A stretch of DNA of 64,000 nt from Bacteroidota bacterium (GTDB lineage Bacteria > Bacteroidota > Bacteroidia > 2-12-FULL-35-15): assembly GCA_947449315.1 (NCBI GenBank), contig CANFRC010000001.1:237793-301792 (forward strand), given 5' to 3'. Position numbers and translations under genes: made by a program. Below are positions 33,008-42,207 of this stretch, piece by piece. The notes beneath the pieces are model-generated. The model was not told the origin of the DNA and did not search any database. It worked only from the letters and a program-made list of their open reading frames with translations. Numbering within the stretch: position 1 is the stretch's first letter; each line of letters opens with the position of its first letter.

Positions 33008-33772
33008 TTATAATTTAATGCTAAGTCCAACCCCAATATTAAATGCATTTCCCTTCAGTTGAAATGTAGCATTGTTATTGTCATTGAGATTCGCATCCGA
33101 ATGATTAGAAAGCTGCATACTTGGATAATTGTAACCCATGTATCCTATATGGAAAGCAAGTCCAACATGTTGTTCTTTTCCAAAATAAATTTTTGGCATT
33201 AATAAAATACCATAATTCAATCCGTTGTCTTTTGCCATCGCACCGCTGTTATCGGTGCTTGAAAGATCTGTATCTGGATTATTTTCAGAATATTTGAAAT
33301 TAGAATACCCCAATGTCAAACAAATAGGCATATCAAATCGTTTTCCTTTTATTAAATGAAAATTAACATTTACGCCAAAATCAATAGAACGAGCTTTAGG
33401 CTTGTAGGAATATTGAGTATACGTTGCTGACAATAGATTATAAACGGAATCCTTTTGTGTTCCTTCAATATAATTGGAATAACCAAAACGAACGCCTACT
33501 CCAAGCCAATTTGTAATACCATATTCGCCATTTAAAGCATAAATAGTTGCACCGGCTTTATCAGTTGTATCTTTCTTTACGCGTCTTGAAGCAAAAGAAG
33601 TACCTGTCCAATAGGTTTCATCTTGCTCTGTATGCGATTGGGTATTATATATGGCCAATCCAATACTTGGATCAATTGTAATAGAGCCTTTGTGAAAGGC
33701 TTTATCTTCTTGTGACTTGAGCAAACCGGAAGAGAATGTTGTCAATAGAGAAAACAAAATATTTTTTTTCAT
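33008..33772 (-). CDS. outer-membrane beta-barrel protein
   Basis: Signal peptide ending KSQ; alternating amphipathic strands (EYGITNWLGVGV, NIGVGLSIKL at C-terminus). Confidence 0.65.
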   Translation of the reverse strand: MKKNILFSLLTTFSSGLLKSQEDKAFHKGSITIDPSIGLAIYNTQSHTEQDETYWTGTSFASRRVKKDTTDKAGATIYALNGEYGITNWLGVGVRFGYSNYIEGTQKDSVYNLLSATYTQYSYKPKARSIDFGVNVNFHLIKGKRFDMPICLTLGYSNFKYSENNPDTDLSSTDNSGAMAKDNGLNYGILLMPKIYFGKEQHVGLAFHIGYMGYNYPSMQLSNHSDANLNDNNNATFQLKGNAFNIGVGLSIKL

Positions 33773-33897
33773 GAGTAGTTGTTATACTTGTTTTAGTTAT
33801 AATAAAATTAAGATATTTTTTTGAATTCATGTTTTTATTTTTTCTGAAACACATTCAATTAAAAAAATTAGTTTTGTAGCACTGAATTAAAAATTAA

Positions 33898-34863
33898 ATG
33901 AGCCAACTAAGAATAATTTTTATGGGAACACCGGAATTTGCGGTGGAGTCTCTAGACATATTAGTTAAACACAATTACAATATTGTTGGAGTTGTTACCA
34001 TGCCGGATAAGCCTGCAGGGAGAGGACAACAAATACAGGAATCAGATATAAAAAAATACGCTGTAGAAAAGGGATTGACTATCTTACAACCAGAAAAATT
34101 AAAAGACGAGAATTTTATTCATCAGTTAAAAGAATTAAAAGCTGACCTTCAAATTGTTGTTGCATTCAGAATGTTACCAGAAATGGTATGGAACATGCCT
34201 CGTCTAGGAACAATAAATCTGCATGGATCTCTATTACCACAATACAGAGGTGCGGCACCAATAAATTGGGTAGTTATAAATGGAGAAAAAGAAACAGGTG
34301 TCACTACCTTTTTACTTCAACATCAAATTGATACTGGCAAAATAATTTTCAGAGAAAAAACACCTATTGAAGAAAATGAAACAGCAGGTGAAATTCATGA
34401 CAGATTGATGAAAATTGGCGCTTCCTTAATTTTAAAAACAGTTCAAGCAATAGAAAAAAATGATTTTCCACAAATTGACCAATTAGAATTAATTGCAAAA
34501 GGAGAAAAGGAAAAACATGCACCGAAAATATTTAAAGAAGATTGCAAAATAGATTGGAGTAAAAACGTTTCTGAGATACACAACTTCATAAGAGGACTTA
34601 GTCCCTACCCTACCGCCTTTTCAACATGGCATGCTCCTGACGGAAAAACATTTTCAGTGAAAATATTTCGAACAGAAAAAGATTTAGCAATACATTCATT
34701 ACCTCTTCAATCTGTTATTACTGATTCTAAAACGTTCTTAAAAATTGCGGTAAAAGATGGCTTCATTTCAATCCTTGACCTTCAGTTGGCGGGTAAAAAA
34801 AGAATGTCTGTAGCTGATATGTTACGGGGCTTTCCAATCAACAATGAATGGAACGTGGATTGA
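33898..34863 (+). CDS. fmt: methionyl-tRNA formyltransferase
   Basis: IIFMGTPEFA, PDKPAGRG, NLHGSLLPQYRGAAPINW, IDTG; TAGTTTTG -7 element at 33869. Confidence 0.97.
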   Translation: MSQLRIIFMGTPEFAVESLDILVKHNYNIVGVVTMPDKPAGRGQQIQESDIKKYAVEKGLTILQPEKLKDENFIHQLKELKADLQIVVAFRMLPEMVWNMPRLGTINLHGSLLPQYRGAAPINWVVINGEKETGVTTFLLQHQIDTGKIIFREKTPIEENETAGEIHDRLMKIGASLILKTVQAIEKNDFPQIDQLELIAKGEKEKHAPKIFKEDCKIDWSKNVSEIHNFIRGLSPYPTAFSTWHAPDGKTFSVKIFRTEKDLAIHSLPLQSVITDSKTFLKIAVKDGFISILDLQLAGKKRMSVADMLRGFPINNEWNVD

Positions 34864-35060
34864 CCAAACAGTTCATAGATATCCAAACCATACTTCAGAG
34901 TCGTACCATTGCTAATAGATGACCTCCCTTCTGAGAGTAAACAATAAATATTCATACGATGATAAATATCATTGAAAGGTAACTATAAGTACCATTACAG
35001 ACAGAGTTATTAACAAAAACGCTATTTATCAACAAATGAAGGTTTTTTTAACTCTAAATA

Positions 35061-35090
35061 TTGCACAGATAGGCAATCTTACTAATTTTG
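35061..35090 (+). promoter_or_regulatory. HU promoter (-33 TTG, -7 TAATTTTG)
   Basis: TTG 35061-63, 19-nt spacer, TAnnTTTG 35083-90. Confidence 0.55.
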
Positions 35091-35129
35091 TTTCTGTAAT
35101 TAATGTTTAACCCTTAAATAACAAACTAA

Positions 35130-35405
35130 ATGAACAAAGCAGAATTAGTTGACGCTATCTCTTCAGAAGCGAAATTGACAAAAGCAGATGCTCAAAGAGC
35201 ATTAGATGCATTCGTAAACGCTACAACAAAAGCACTTAAAAAAGGTGACAGAGTTGCATTAGTAGGATTCGGATCTTTCTCTATCTCTAAAAGAGCTGCA
35301 AGAGTTGGTCGTAACCCACAAACTGGTAAAGCAATTAAAATTGCTGCTAAAAAAGTAGCTAAATTTAAAGCTGGTGCTGACTTAGCAAAAACTGTTAACA
35401 AATAG
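35130..35405 (+). CDS. hup: DNA-binding protein HU
   Basis: MNKAELV, VALVGFGSF, RVGRNPQTG, KFKAG. Confidence 0.98.
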   Translation: MNKAELVDAISSEAKLTKADAQRALDAFVNATTKALKKGDRVALVGFGSFSISKRAARVGRNPQTGKAIKIAAKKVAKFKAGADLAKTVNK

Positions 35406-35419
35406 TCGTTAACTAAATG

Positions 35420-35463
35420 AAATAAAAAAAGCCTTACGCGTAAGCGTAAGGCTTTTTTTATTT
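35420..35463. terminator. intrinsic terminator after hup
   Basis: AAATAAAAAAAGCCTTACGC-GTAA-GCGTAAGGCTTTTTTTATTT, perfect stem with a GNRA loop. Confidence 0.88.
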
Positions 35464-35490
35464 TTGTATTTTCGTGACTCAAAAAAAAGA

Positions 35491-36546
35491 ATGAGTAAAC
35501 AAGATAAAATAAACAATTTCGACCCTAATGGTTTAGGAGATGCGAACAATAATATTTATGGATTACCATTCACAACGGAAGAAGCTGAAGTTGTAATCAT
35601 TCCCGTTCCATGGGAAGTAACTGTTTCATACAGTGCAGGTACAGCCTTGGGCCCTCAGGTGATTTACAATGCCTCTTATCAGGTGGACCTGTTCGACCCT
35701 AAAATTGAGGATGCCTGGAAAATAGGAATAGCAATGGATACTGCTTCTGATGACATTGCCAGCAAAAGTGAAAGCCTAAGAAGAAAAGCAGAAAAATATA
35801 TTGAAATGCTTGTTGAAGGAGAAGTTGCTGAACCGGGATCTGAAATGGACGAGATTCGAACTTTGATTAATGAAGAATGTGTGAAAATGAATACCTGGGT
35901 AAAAACAAAAGCACTCAGTTTCATTGATAAAAATAAAATTGTTGCGCTGCTCGGAGGAGACCACTCTACTCCACTTGGATTGATGCAAGCCTTGGCAGAA
36001 AGAAACAACTCATTTGCTATATTACAAATTGATGCTCATGCCGACCTACGTGATGCATACGAAGGATTTGAGTTTTCTCATGCATCCATCATGTTCAATG
36101 CTTTAAAAATCCCTCAAGTTTCCAAACTGGTACAAGTAGGTATTCGTGATTATTGCCAGGCTGAATTTGATATTATTAATAGTTCAAACGGAAGGGTCGT
36201 TACTTTTTTTGATAGAGATATTAAGCACAAACAATTAGAAGGAACCCCTTGGTCATCTATCTGCAACGATATTATTTCACAATTACCAAACGAGATCTAT
36301 TTGAGTTTTGATATTGACGGACTCGATCCCAAACTTTGCCCGAATACAGGTACACCAGTTGCAGGAGGTTTTGAATTTGAACAAATATTAATGCTTATTG
36401 AAAGAATTGTTGATTCAGGAAAACGGATCATCGCTTTTGATATTAATGAAGTTGCACCCGGTGGTGACGAATGGGATGCGAATGTAGGTGCACGATTATT
36501 ATACCGCATAGCTAACATGGTTGCAAAATCAAATGGGAGAGTCTAA
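35491..36546 (+). CDS. speB: agmatinase (ureohydrolase family); start ATG 35491
   Basis: GGDHS, DAHADL, VGIR, SFDIDGLDP, PNTGTPVAGG, DINEV. Confidence 0.88.
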   Translation: MSKQDKINNFDPNGLGDANNNIYGLPFTTEEAEVVIIPVPWEVTVSYSAGTALGPQVIYNASYQVDLFDPKIEDAWKIGIAMDTASDDIASKSESLRRKAEKYIEMLVEGEVAEPGSEMDEIRTLINEECVKMNTWVKTKALSFIDKNKIVALLGGDHSTPLGLMQALAERNNSFAILQIDAHADLRDAYEGFEFSHASIMFNALKIPQVSKLVQVGIRDYCQAEFDIINSSNGRVVTFFDRDIKHKQLEGTPWSSICNDIISQLPNEIYLSFDIDGLDPKLCPNTGTPVAGGFEFEQILMLIERIVDSGKRIIAFDINEVAPGGDEWDANVGARLLYRIANMVAKSNGRV

Positions 36547-36549
36547 AAA

Positions 36550-37224
36550 ATGCCAAAAGAATTTATAGATTATCTATCGCAATTTGTTTCTGAAACCCGG
36601 CGAGCAAAATTTGACAAAGTACTAGAATATCGTACGCGTCACATCACGGTTGTTCTGGAAGACCTGTATCAACCTCACAATGCGAGTGCAGTATTGCGTT
36701 CCTGCGATATTTTCGGTATTCAGGATATACACATTATTGAAAACAAGAACGCATATACGGTAAATAAAGACATCGCCTTAGGAGCTCCTAAATGGCTGAA
36801 TTTGCATAAATACCGAAAAGAAGAAAACAATTCTTTGGATTGTATTCATAAACTCAAAAAACAAGGCTATAAAATTGTGGCTACAACTCCTCATGAAAAA
36901 GATTGTAACCTGGAGGACCTTTCAATAGATAAACCATTGGCTTTATTTTTCGGAACGGAACTTACCGGAATTTCTGATACTATAAGAGAACAAGCAGATG
37001 AATTTATAAAAATTCCCATGTATGGCTTTACCGAAAGCTTCAACATTTCCGTTTCCGCAGCCTTATGTTTACATACATTAAAAGAAAAACTTCATAAATC
37101 AAATATAAATTGGCACTTGAGCAATGCAGAAAAAGAGGAATTGCTGTTAAGATGGTTAAAAAATTCTATTCCAAAAGTGGAATTGATTGAGAAAGATTAT
37201 TTGGCTAAGAAAATTAAGACCTAG
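36550..37224 (+). CDS. trmH: TrmH/SpoU family RNA methyltransferase (probably tRNA Gm18)
   Basis: LEDLYQPHNASAVLRSCD, FFGTELTG, IPMYGFTESFNISV. Confidence 0.85.
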   Translation: MPKEFIDYLSQFVSETRRAKFDKVLEYRTRHITVVLEDLYQPHNASAVLRSCDIFGIQDIHIIENKNAYTVNKDIALGAPKWLNLHKYRKEENNSLDCIHKLKKQGYKIVATTPHEKDCNLEDLSIDKPLALFFGTELTGISDTIREQADEFIKIPMYGFTESFNISVSAALCLHTLKEKLHKSNINWHLSNAEKEELLLRWLKNSIPKVELIEKDYLAKKIKT

Positions 37225-37270
37225 CAGATAAGTATTCTCAACGCAAATAAAAAGACAAATAAGAAAACTG

Positions 37271-37301
37271 TTTGTTATTTTATAAATTTAATGTAGGTTT
37301 G
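37271..37301 (+). promoter_or_regulatory. THX promoter (-33 TTTG, -7 TAGGTTTG)
   Basis: TTTG 37271-74, 19-nt spacer, TAnnTTTG 37294-301. Confidence 0.65.
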
Positions 37302-37336
37302 CACTAGATATAAACTAAAACACAACAACTATTATC

Positions 37337-37549
37337 ATGGGAAAAGGCGATAAAAAAAGCAAAAAAGGTAAAATAGCAATGGGCTCATTTGGAGTTCGCA
37401 GACCTAATAAAAAAGCGAGAGCTGTAAAAGCAAAAAATACAGCACCTGCTAAAAAAGCAGCAGCTCCTAAAAAAGCAGCAGCTCCTAAAAAAGCGGCTGC
37501 TCCAAAAAAAGCAGCAGCTCCTAAAAAAGCAGCAAAAAAAGCTGAATAA
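37337..37549 (+). CDS. thx: 30S ribosomal protein THX with Lys/Ala-rich tail
   Basis: MGKGDKKSKKGKIAMGSFGVRRP is the THX signature; own promoter and terminator. Confidence 0.88.
   Translation: MGKGDKKSKKGKIAMGSFGVRRPNKKARAVKAKNTAPAKKAAAPKKAAAPKKAAAPKKAAAPKKAAKKAE
37448..37537 (+). repeat. five 18-bp tandem units encoding (P/A)KKAAA
   Basis: Consensus CCTAAAAAAGCAGCAGCT read directly, with synonymous variants in units 3 and 4. Confidence 0.95.
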
Positions 37550-37562
37550 GAGTAGAAAAATC

Positions 37563-37605
37563 AAAAAAAAAGCCTTCACTTTCAATGATAGTGGAGGCTT
37601 TTTTT
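37563..37605. terminator. bidirectional intrinsic terminator
   Basis: A-run-GCCTTCACT-9nt-AGTGGAGGC-T7, one G-U pair. Confidence 0.8.
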
Positions 37606-37658
37606 ATTCTCAAATCTTTATTAACTAATGAGCTATTCATTAGAAATGCAAACATAAC

Positions 37659-38309
37659 CTAAGGAGCTAACCTTTGGATCTTCCATTTATTATTTTCCTG
37701 AACAAATAATATACGATCATGTAATCGGCTTGGACGACCTTGCCAGAATTCAATAGTAGATGGTTTCAAAATATAACCACCCCAATGAGGCGGACGCGGA
37801 ACTGTTTCATCCGGATATTTTTTAGAAAGCAGATCATATTCCTCATCCAAGACTTTTCTGTTGTCAATCACTTTGCTTTGCGCAGATGTCCATGCCCCTA
37901 ACTTACTTGTTCGTGGACGGGTATTGAAATAAATGTCTGATTCATCCGAAGTTTGTTTTGTCAACACCCCTTCAATTCTAACTTGACGTTCCAATTCTGG
38001 CCAAAAAAATAACAAAGCACAATTGGGATTTTCCATTATCTCGGTTCCTTTTCTACTGGTATAATTCGTATAGAAAACAAAACCGCTTTCATTAAAATTA
38101 CGCAACAATAAAATCCGAGCAGAAGGCTTACCTTCTTTGGTAGCAGTGCAAACCGTCATTGCATTCGGCTCATGTACTTTCGAGTCTACCGCTTCCTTGA
38201 ACCATTTCTCAAATTGCATAATTGGATCAGCATTCACATCTTTTTCGTCCAAGGTTTGGCTTGAAAAATCATGGCGAAGCGTATTAATATATAATCTTAG
38301 ATCTTCCAT
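37659..38309 (-). CDS. pdxH: pyridoxamine 5'-phosphate oxidase
   Basis: EPNAM, PSARILLLR, FYTNYTSRKG, ERQVRIEG, EFWQGRPSRLHDR. Confidence 0.96.
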   Translation of the reverse strand: MEDLRLYINTLRHDFSSQTLDEKDVNADPIMQFEKWFKEAVDSKVHEPNAMTVCTATKEGKPSARILLLRNFNESGFVFYTNYTSRKGTEIMENPNCALLFFWPELERQVRIEGVLTKQTSDESDIYFNTRPRTSKLGAWTSAQSKVIDNRKVLDEEYDLLSKKYPDETVPRPPHWGGYILKPSTIEFWQGRPSRLHDRILFVQENNKWKIQRLAP

Positions 38310-38318
38310 AAATTATTT

Positions 38319-39164
38319 TTATACGGCTATATACTCATTCAGTTTATCTGTCAATTTTTTAGAGGTATCATTAAAATATCTTTTTTGCTTATAGGCAACA
38401 ACCCAACGAATTCCACTAATCGTATTTGTTAAAAAGAACTCGTCAGCACCCAACAGAACATTTTGCATGATTGAGATCTCATATACTGCTATTTTATTAG
38501 CCTGAGCAATTTCAATTATTTTTTTACGCATAACACCATCAACACAACCATCACTCACTGGAGGTGTATACAAAACGCCATTTTTTACTGCAAATATATT
38601 AGAACTTATGGCTTCAATAATATGATGCTTGTCATTAAGCAGCAAACATTCATCCAGCTGTTGCTGAATTTTATTGATGCCTGCCATAACATAAATGGCA
38701 CTATTGGCAGACTTTATGGAAGACAATGCATTCTGAGCTTTTTTAAATTCTGTAAACAAATCAACTGTATACCCTTTTGAGTTCAACATAAAGTTTTTTT
38801 CTTCAATTGGGTATACCTCAAGAACAAAAGATACTTTATTATCATTGGGAGCATATAATCCACCTTCGTTCCGGTAAACAGTTAATCTAGCACGACCGTC
38901 AGAAATAATATTGTTTTTCTGAGCCAATTCCAGAATAGCGTGTTCAATATATGTTTCATTAAATAATGGATTCATTTCCATTTTAAGAACTTTCATGCCA
39001 TTAAACAATCGTTGTAAATGCTCTTTTAAAAATTGAGGATTATAATTAGCGATACGAATCGTCTCAAACAATGCATCTCCATAACGAAATGATCTGTTAT
39101 TTGTGGTAATAACTGGATCGTCCGACAATAAAAAATTTCCGTTATGACTAATGAAATTTTGCAT
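38319..39164 (-). CDS. class IV aminotransferase family (PabC/ADC lyase-like)
   Basis: NRSFRYGDALFETIR, IKSANS, IEAISSNIF, GCVDGVMRK, EFFLTN. Confidence 0.85.
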   Translation of the reverse strand: MQNFISHNGNFLLSDDPVITTNNRSFRYGDALFETIRIANYNPQFLKEHLQRLFNGMKVLKMEMNPLFNETYIEHAILELAQKNNIISDGRARLTVYRNEGGLYAPNDNKVSFVLEVYPIEEKNFMLNSKGYTVDLFTEFKKAQNALSSIKSANSAIYVMAGINKIQQQLDECLLLNDKHHIIEAISSNIFAVKNGVLYTPPVSDGCVDGVMRKKIIEIAQANKIAVYEISIMQNVLLGADEFFLTNTISGIRWVVAYKQKRYFNDTSKKLTDKLNEYIAV

Positions 39165-39182
39165 GTTTAGTGCTTTAAAAAG

Positions 39183-39659
39183 TTATTTGATGATATGCAA
39201 AATAGTTTTCAGGGAACTATTGGCTTCAATTAAAATGCCCTTCACCCCTGCTTTTTCTGCTGCTGCTGTGTCTCTCTCTTTATCTCCGATAAAATAAGAC
39301 TTAGAAGGATCGATGTTAAATCTGGCTAATGCTTTCTCAACAAACAAGGAGTCAGGTTTACGACAGATACAACGGCTTACATCCGGATGATGGACACAAT
39401 AATATATTTCAGACAACTTAATTCCATTTTTTGTAAATTCTTTTGTCATAAAAGCATGAAGTACTTCAACGTCCGATTGTTTATACAAACCTTTCGCTAT
39501 TCCACTTTGATTAGAGACTACAATCAACAAATACCCTTTCGATTCTAACAGTTTTAATACTTCAATAAGATCAGGTAATATCACAAAATCTTCCAACTTA
39601 TGCGTATAACCACGTTCAACATTGATTACGCCATCTCTATCTAAAAAAACTGCTTTCAT
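39183..39659 (-). CDS. gmhB: HAD-IIIA hydrolase, D,D-heptose 1,7-bisphosphate phosphatase-like
   Basis: FLDRDGVIN, VSNQSGIA, CRKP, IGDKERD. Confidence 0.78.
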   Translation of the reverse strand: MKAVFLDRDGVINVERGYTHKLEDFVILPDLIEVLKLLESKGYLLIVVSNQSGIAKGLYKQSDVEVLHAFMTKEFTKNGIKLSEIYYCVHHPDVSRCICRKPDSLFVEKALARFNIDPSKSYFIGDKERDTAAAEKAGVKGILIEANSSLKTILHIIK

Positions 39660-40270
39660 TGTGCTCCTGTTATTTGTAAGATGAAATCATTCACTAAACT
39701 AGGCCTTAAAATAATGGTTAGTAAAATGCCATACACTGCCCCCCAAAAATGAGCATCATGACCAATATTGTCTTGTCCACGTTTACTCAGATAATATTCA
39801 ATTCCTAAATAAATTATACCGAACAACCACGCTGAAATTGGAACTGGTATAAATAGGAAAAGTAATTTAGTGGTAGGAGCAAGAATAATATAGGCAAATA
39901 TAACGGCAGATACAGCTCCAGAAGCACCTAAAGCATTGTAATAAATATTTTCTTTATGTTTTTCGTATGAGTACAAAGAAGACATTGCTAATCCGCCAAC
40001 ATATAATAAGATAAAAAACAAAATGCCTTTTGCCTCAAAAAGATCTTTGTAAGCATTTTCTACTGCTTGTCCGAACATATAAAGAGAAAACATATTGAAG
40101 GCTAAATGCATAAAATCTGCATGAATCAGGCCATTTGAAAAGAAACGGTACCATTCTTTACGATGATGTATCATATATGCATTAAACATCATCTTATTTT
40201 TTAAACCATAATTTTCCATTGCTGTAATGGAAATAAAAGCGGTAATCGCAATAATAATATAAGTTATCAT
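39656..40270 (-). CDS. rhomboid intramembrane serine protease
   Basis: WYR, HADFMHLAFNM, catalytic GASGA, AHFWGA. Confidence 0.92.
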   Translation of the reverse strand: MITYIIIAITAFISITAMENYGLKNKMMFNAYMIHHRKEWYRFFSNGLIHADFMHLAFNMFSLYMFGQAVENAYKDLFEAKGILFFILLYVGGLAMSSLYSYEKHKENIYYNALGASGAVSAVIFAYIILAPTTKLLFLFIPVPISAWLFGIIYLGIEYYLSKRGQDNIGHDAHFWGAVYGILLTIILRPSLVNDFILQITGAQ

Positions 40271-40656
40271 ATTCGTAAAGATACTAATTTGAAATTATTA
40301 ATATGCATAGACAAAACCTGAATCTGACGAATCACGTTCTTTATAATTTCTGAATTTCCTCTACCAGTCTGCTTGCATGAATTTAAAACAGACTATTGAT
40401 ATTACTTTTTTCAATTGAACGCAACAGTTTGCTTAGTTTAAGGCTATACAAAGATAAAAAAAGCAACGAATGAATGCTTTATGTAGATGAATGGAATTAC
40501 CTTACCTTCAAAACTCAGTAATAAGTAGAACGGAAAATCTACTGTTCATCTCTTGACGTGTTTTTTATAATTGAAGGAAATAGGCAAGATACTTCACTAT
40601 GCGATAGATCTGAACTTCCAAATATGTAAGATCTACATAGGGAGTATGCTAAAAAA

Positions 40657-41463
40657 TTATTTTACCACAACACATACGCATCTAAAACCAATCCACGCAG
40701 TAGGCTTTACATATTTTAATGCGCTCTTGATCTCACATGATTCAATAGAATGAAACCAGCTTCCTCCTTTACAGACACCTTTATCCTGAATCATCTCAGC
40801 AACATTACCAATAGTATTATACAAACCAAACTTATTGGGTTTAGCATAAAAACAGGGAACCGTCACATCATTATTCGCGTAACCTAAAAGTGCTGTTTCT
40901 TTCACGTTGAAATTAGGCCAATTATTTTTTGTGTGCATTGACTCAAATCCATAAATACTATTCAGACCAGCACTTGCAGCGTATTCCCATTCCGCTTGAC
41001 TGGGCAATCGATAATAAAAATCTTTTGCGTGAAAAATTTTCTCAATGGTATTGGAATGCTTCCTTAATTTTATAAACTCTTTAACTCTGTCTGTCCGCCA
41101 TTTACAATAAGCCAGCGCTTGTTCATAACTGACGCCAACAAGCGGAAAATTGCGATAAGCGGGATGTGTAAAATAGTATCTGACATAGGGTTCATTCGAA
41201 GAAAGGGAGTCTCTCCAAACTAATGAATCTGGCAATGCTTTTTCATAATTTATTGGCTCGTATACTTTTAACCAATTCGTGTATTCCAAATAATCAAGAT
41301 TGCGAATCTCGCATTTATCTATGTAAATAGAATCTTTTATCCATACTGTTCCCGGAGGCGCACTATTAAAATGTTCTTTATTTACTTTACGAACAACATC
41401 GCAGGGGGCTTTACAGCTAAAAATAAATAAAATGGCTAAAAAAGAAATTAAGATGTTTTTCAT
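40657..41463 (-). CDS. FGE-sulfatase (SUMF1/GldK-like) domain lipoprotein
   Basis: Lipobox IFSC; PLVGVSYEQALAYCKW, RLPSQAEWEYAA, PNKFGLYNTIGNVAE, GGSW, GFRC. Confidence 0.8.
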   Translation of the reverse strand: MKNILISFLAILFIFSCKAPCDVVRKVNKEHFNSAPPGTVWIKDSIYIDKCEIRNLDYLEYTNWLKVYEPINYEKALPDSLVWRDSLSSNEPYVRYYFTHPAYRNFPLVGVSYEQALAYCKWRTDRVKEFIKLRKHSNTIEKIFHAKDFYYRLPSQAEWEYAASAGLNSIYGFESMHTKNNWPNFNVKETALLGYANNDVTVPCFYAKPNKFGLYNTIGNVAEMIQDKGVCKGGSWFHSIESCEIKSALKYVKPTAWIGFRCVCVVVK

Positions 41464-41520
41464 AAGAGATCGATTTTTCTTCTCCTATAATGAAATTACA
41501 AAAAAAGGATACAGATTGAT

Positions 41521-41985
41521 TTAAAAGCGACCGCAAAGATGAGGGTGATATTTTTTCTTGCGCTTTGGGATTTTACTTCTTATTTTCTTTTTAAAATTGA
41601 AGCTCCGTTCAGCCATTGTGGTAGCATGTATTTTAGATTTCCCGGAAGACATTTCACCACCTCCTATAGATGCGGATGTTGTAGAAAACCCAGTAATTAT
41701 TGTTGGTTCCATTGCATACTGAGAATTAATTTCAAAACGCATGTGAAAACCATTTTCAAGAGAAGGTTTTATGGTATTCGTTTGAGCGGAAAGTTGCTGC
41801 TGAACTTGTGGTTCACGAATAGGATCTACATAGGGATTTGAATTTCCAATGTCATCGTAAACATTAACATCAGGGGCATTACCCACTATAGTAATTACAA
41901 CTTGATTACTTTCTTGAGAAAAAACAGAAACAGCAACAAGCAAAAGTGCACTGAACAAACAATATTTGAAACTTGTTAATACCAC
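41521..41985 (-). CDS. hypothetical exported protein (GTG start)
   Basis: Signal peptide ending VFSQ; low-complexity middle; basic C-terminus. Confidence 0.55.
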   Translation of the reverse strand: MVLTSFKYCLFSALLLVAVSVFSQESNQVVITIVGNAPDVNVYDDIGNSNPYVDPIREPQVQQQLSAQTNTIKPSLENGFHMRFEINSQYAMEPTIITGFSTTSASIGGGEMSSGKSKIHATTMAERSFNFKKKIRSKIPKRKKKYHPHLCGRF

Positions 41986-42207
41986 GAAGCAATAGATTTT
42001 AATTTAAAATTACAACATTAATATTTAATTGTCAAGCCCTTCTCTGTTTATTTCCAATCTGTTACAAATGAAATTGTGTTTGTATAATGGTATTTGTAAT
42101 TATCATTATCAATTCCTATAAAAAATGCAGCTTGATTTAAAAAAACTAACGCCATGTAATAGGATTTATTTTATGCGCTCACTTAATATAATTTATACCT
42201 TTAGAGC

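Noticed and set aside
37448-37537. CRISPR-like array
   Set aside because: Contiguous in-frame 18-bp units with no spacers and no cas genes
37385-37585. 66-aa antisense ORF with FFRSCC repeats
   Set aside because: Shadow of the THX PKKAAA repeat
40571-40753. 60-aa + strand ORF in the intergenic gap
   Set aside because: Overlaps the 3' end of the FGE-domain gene in antisense; no motif or promoter support
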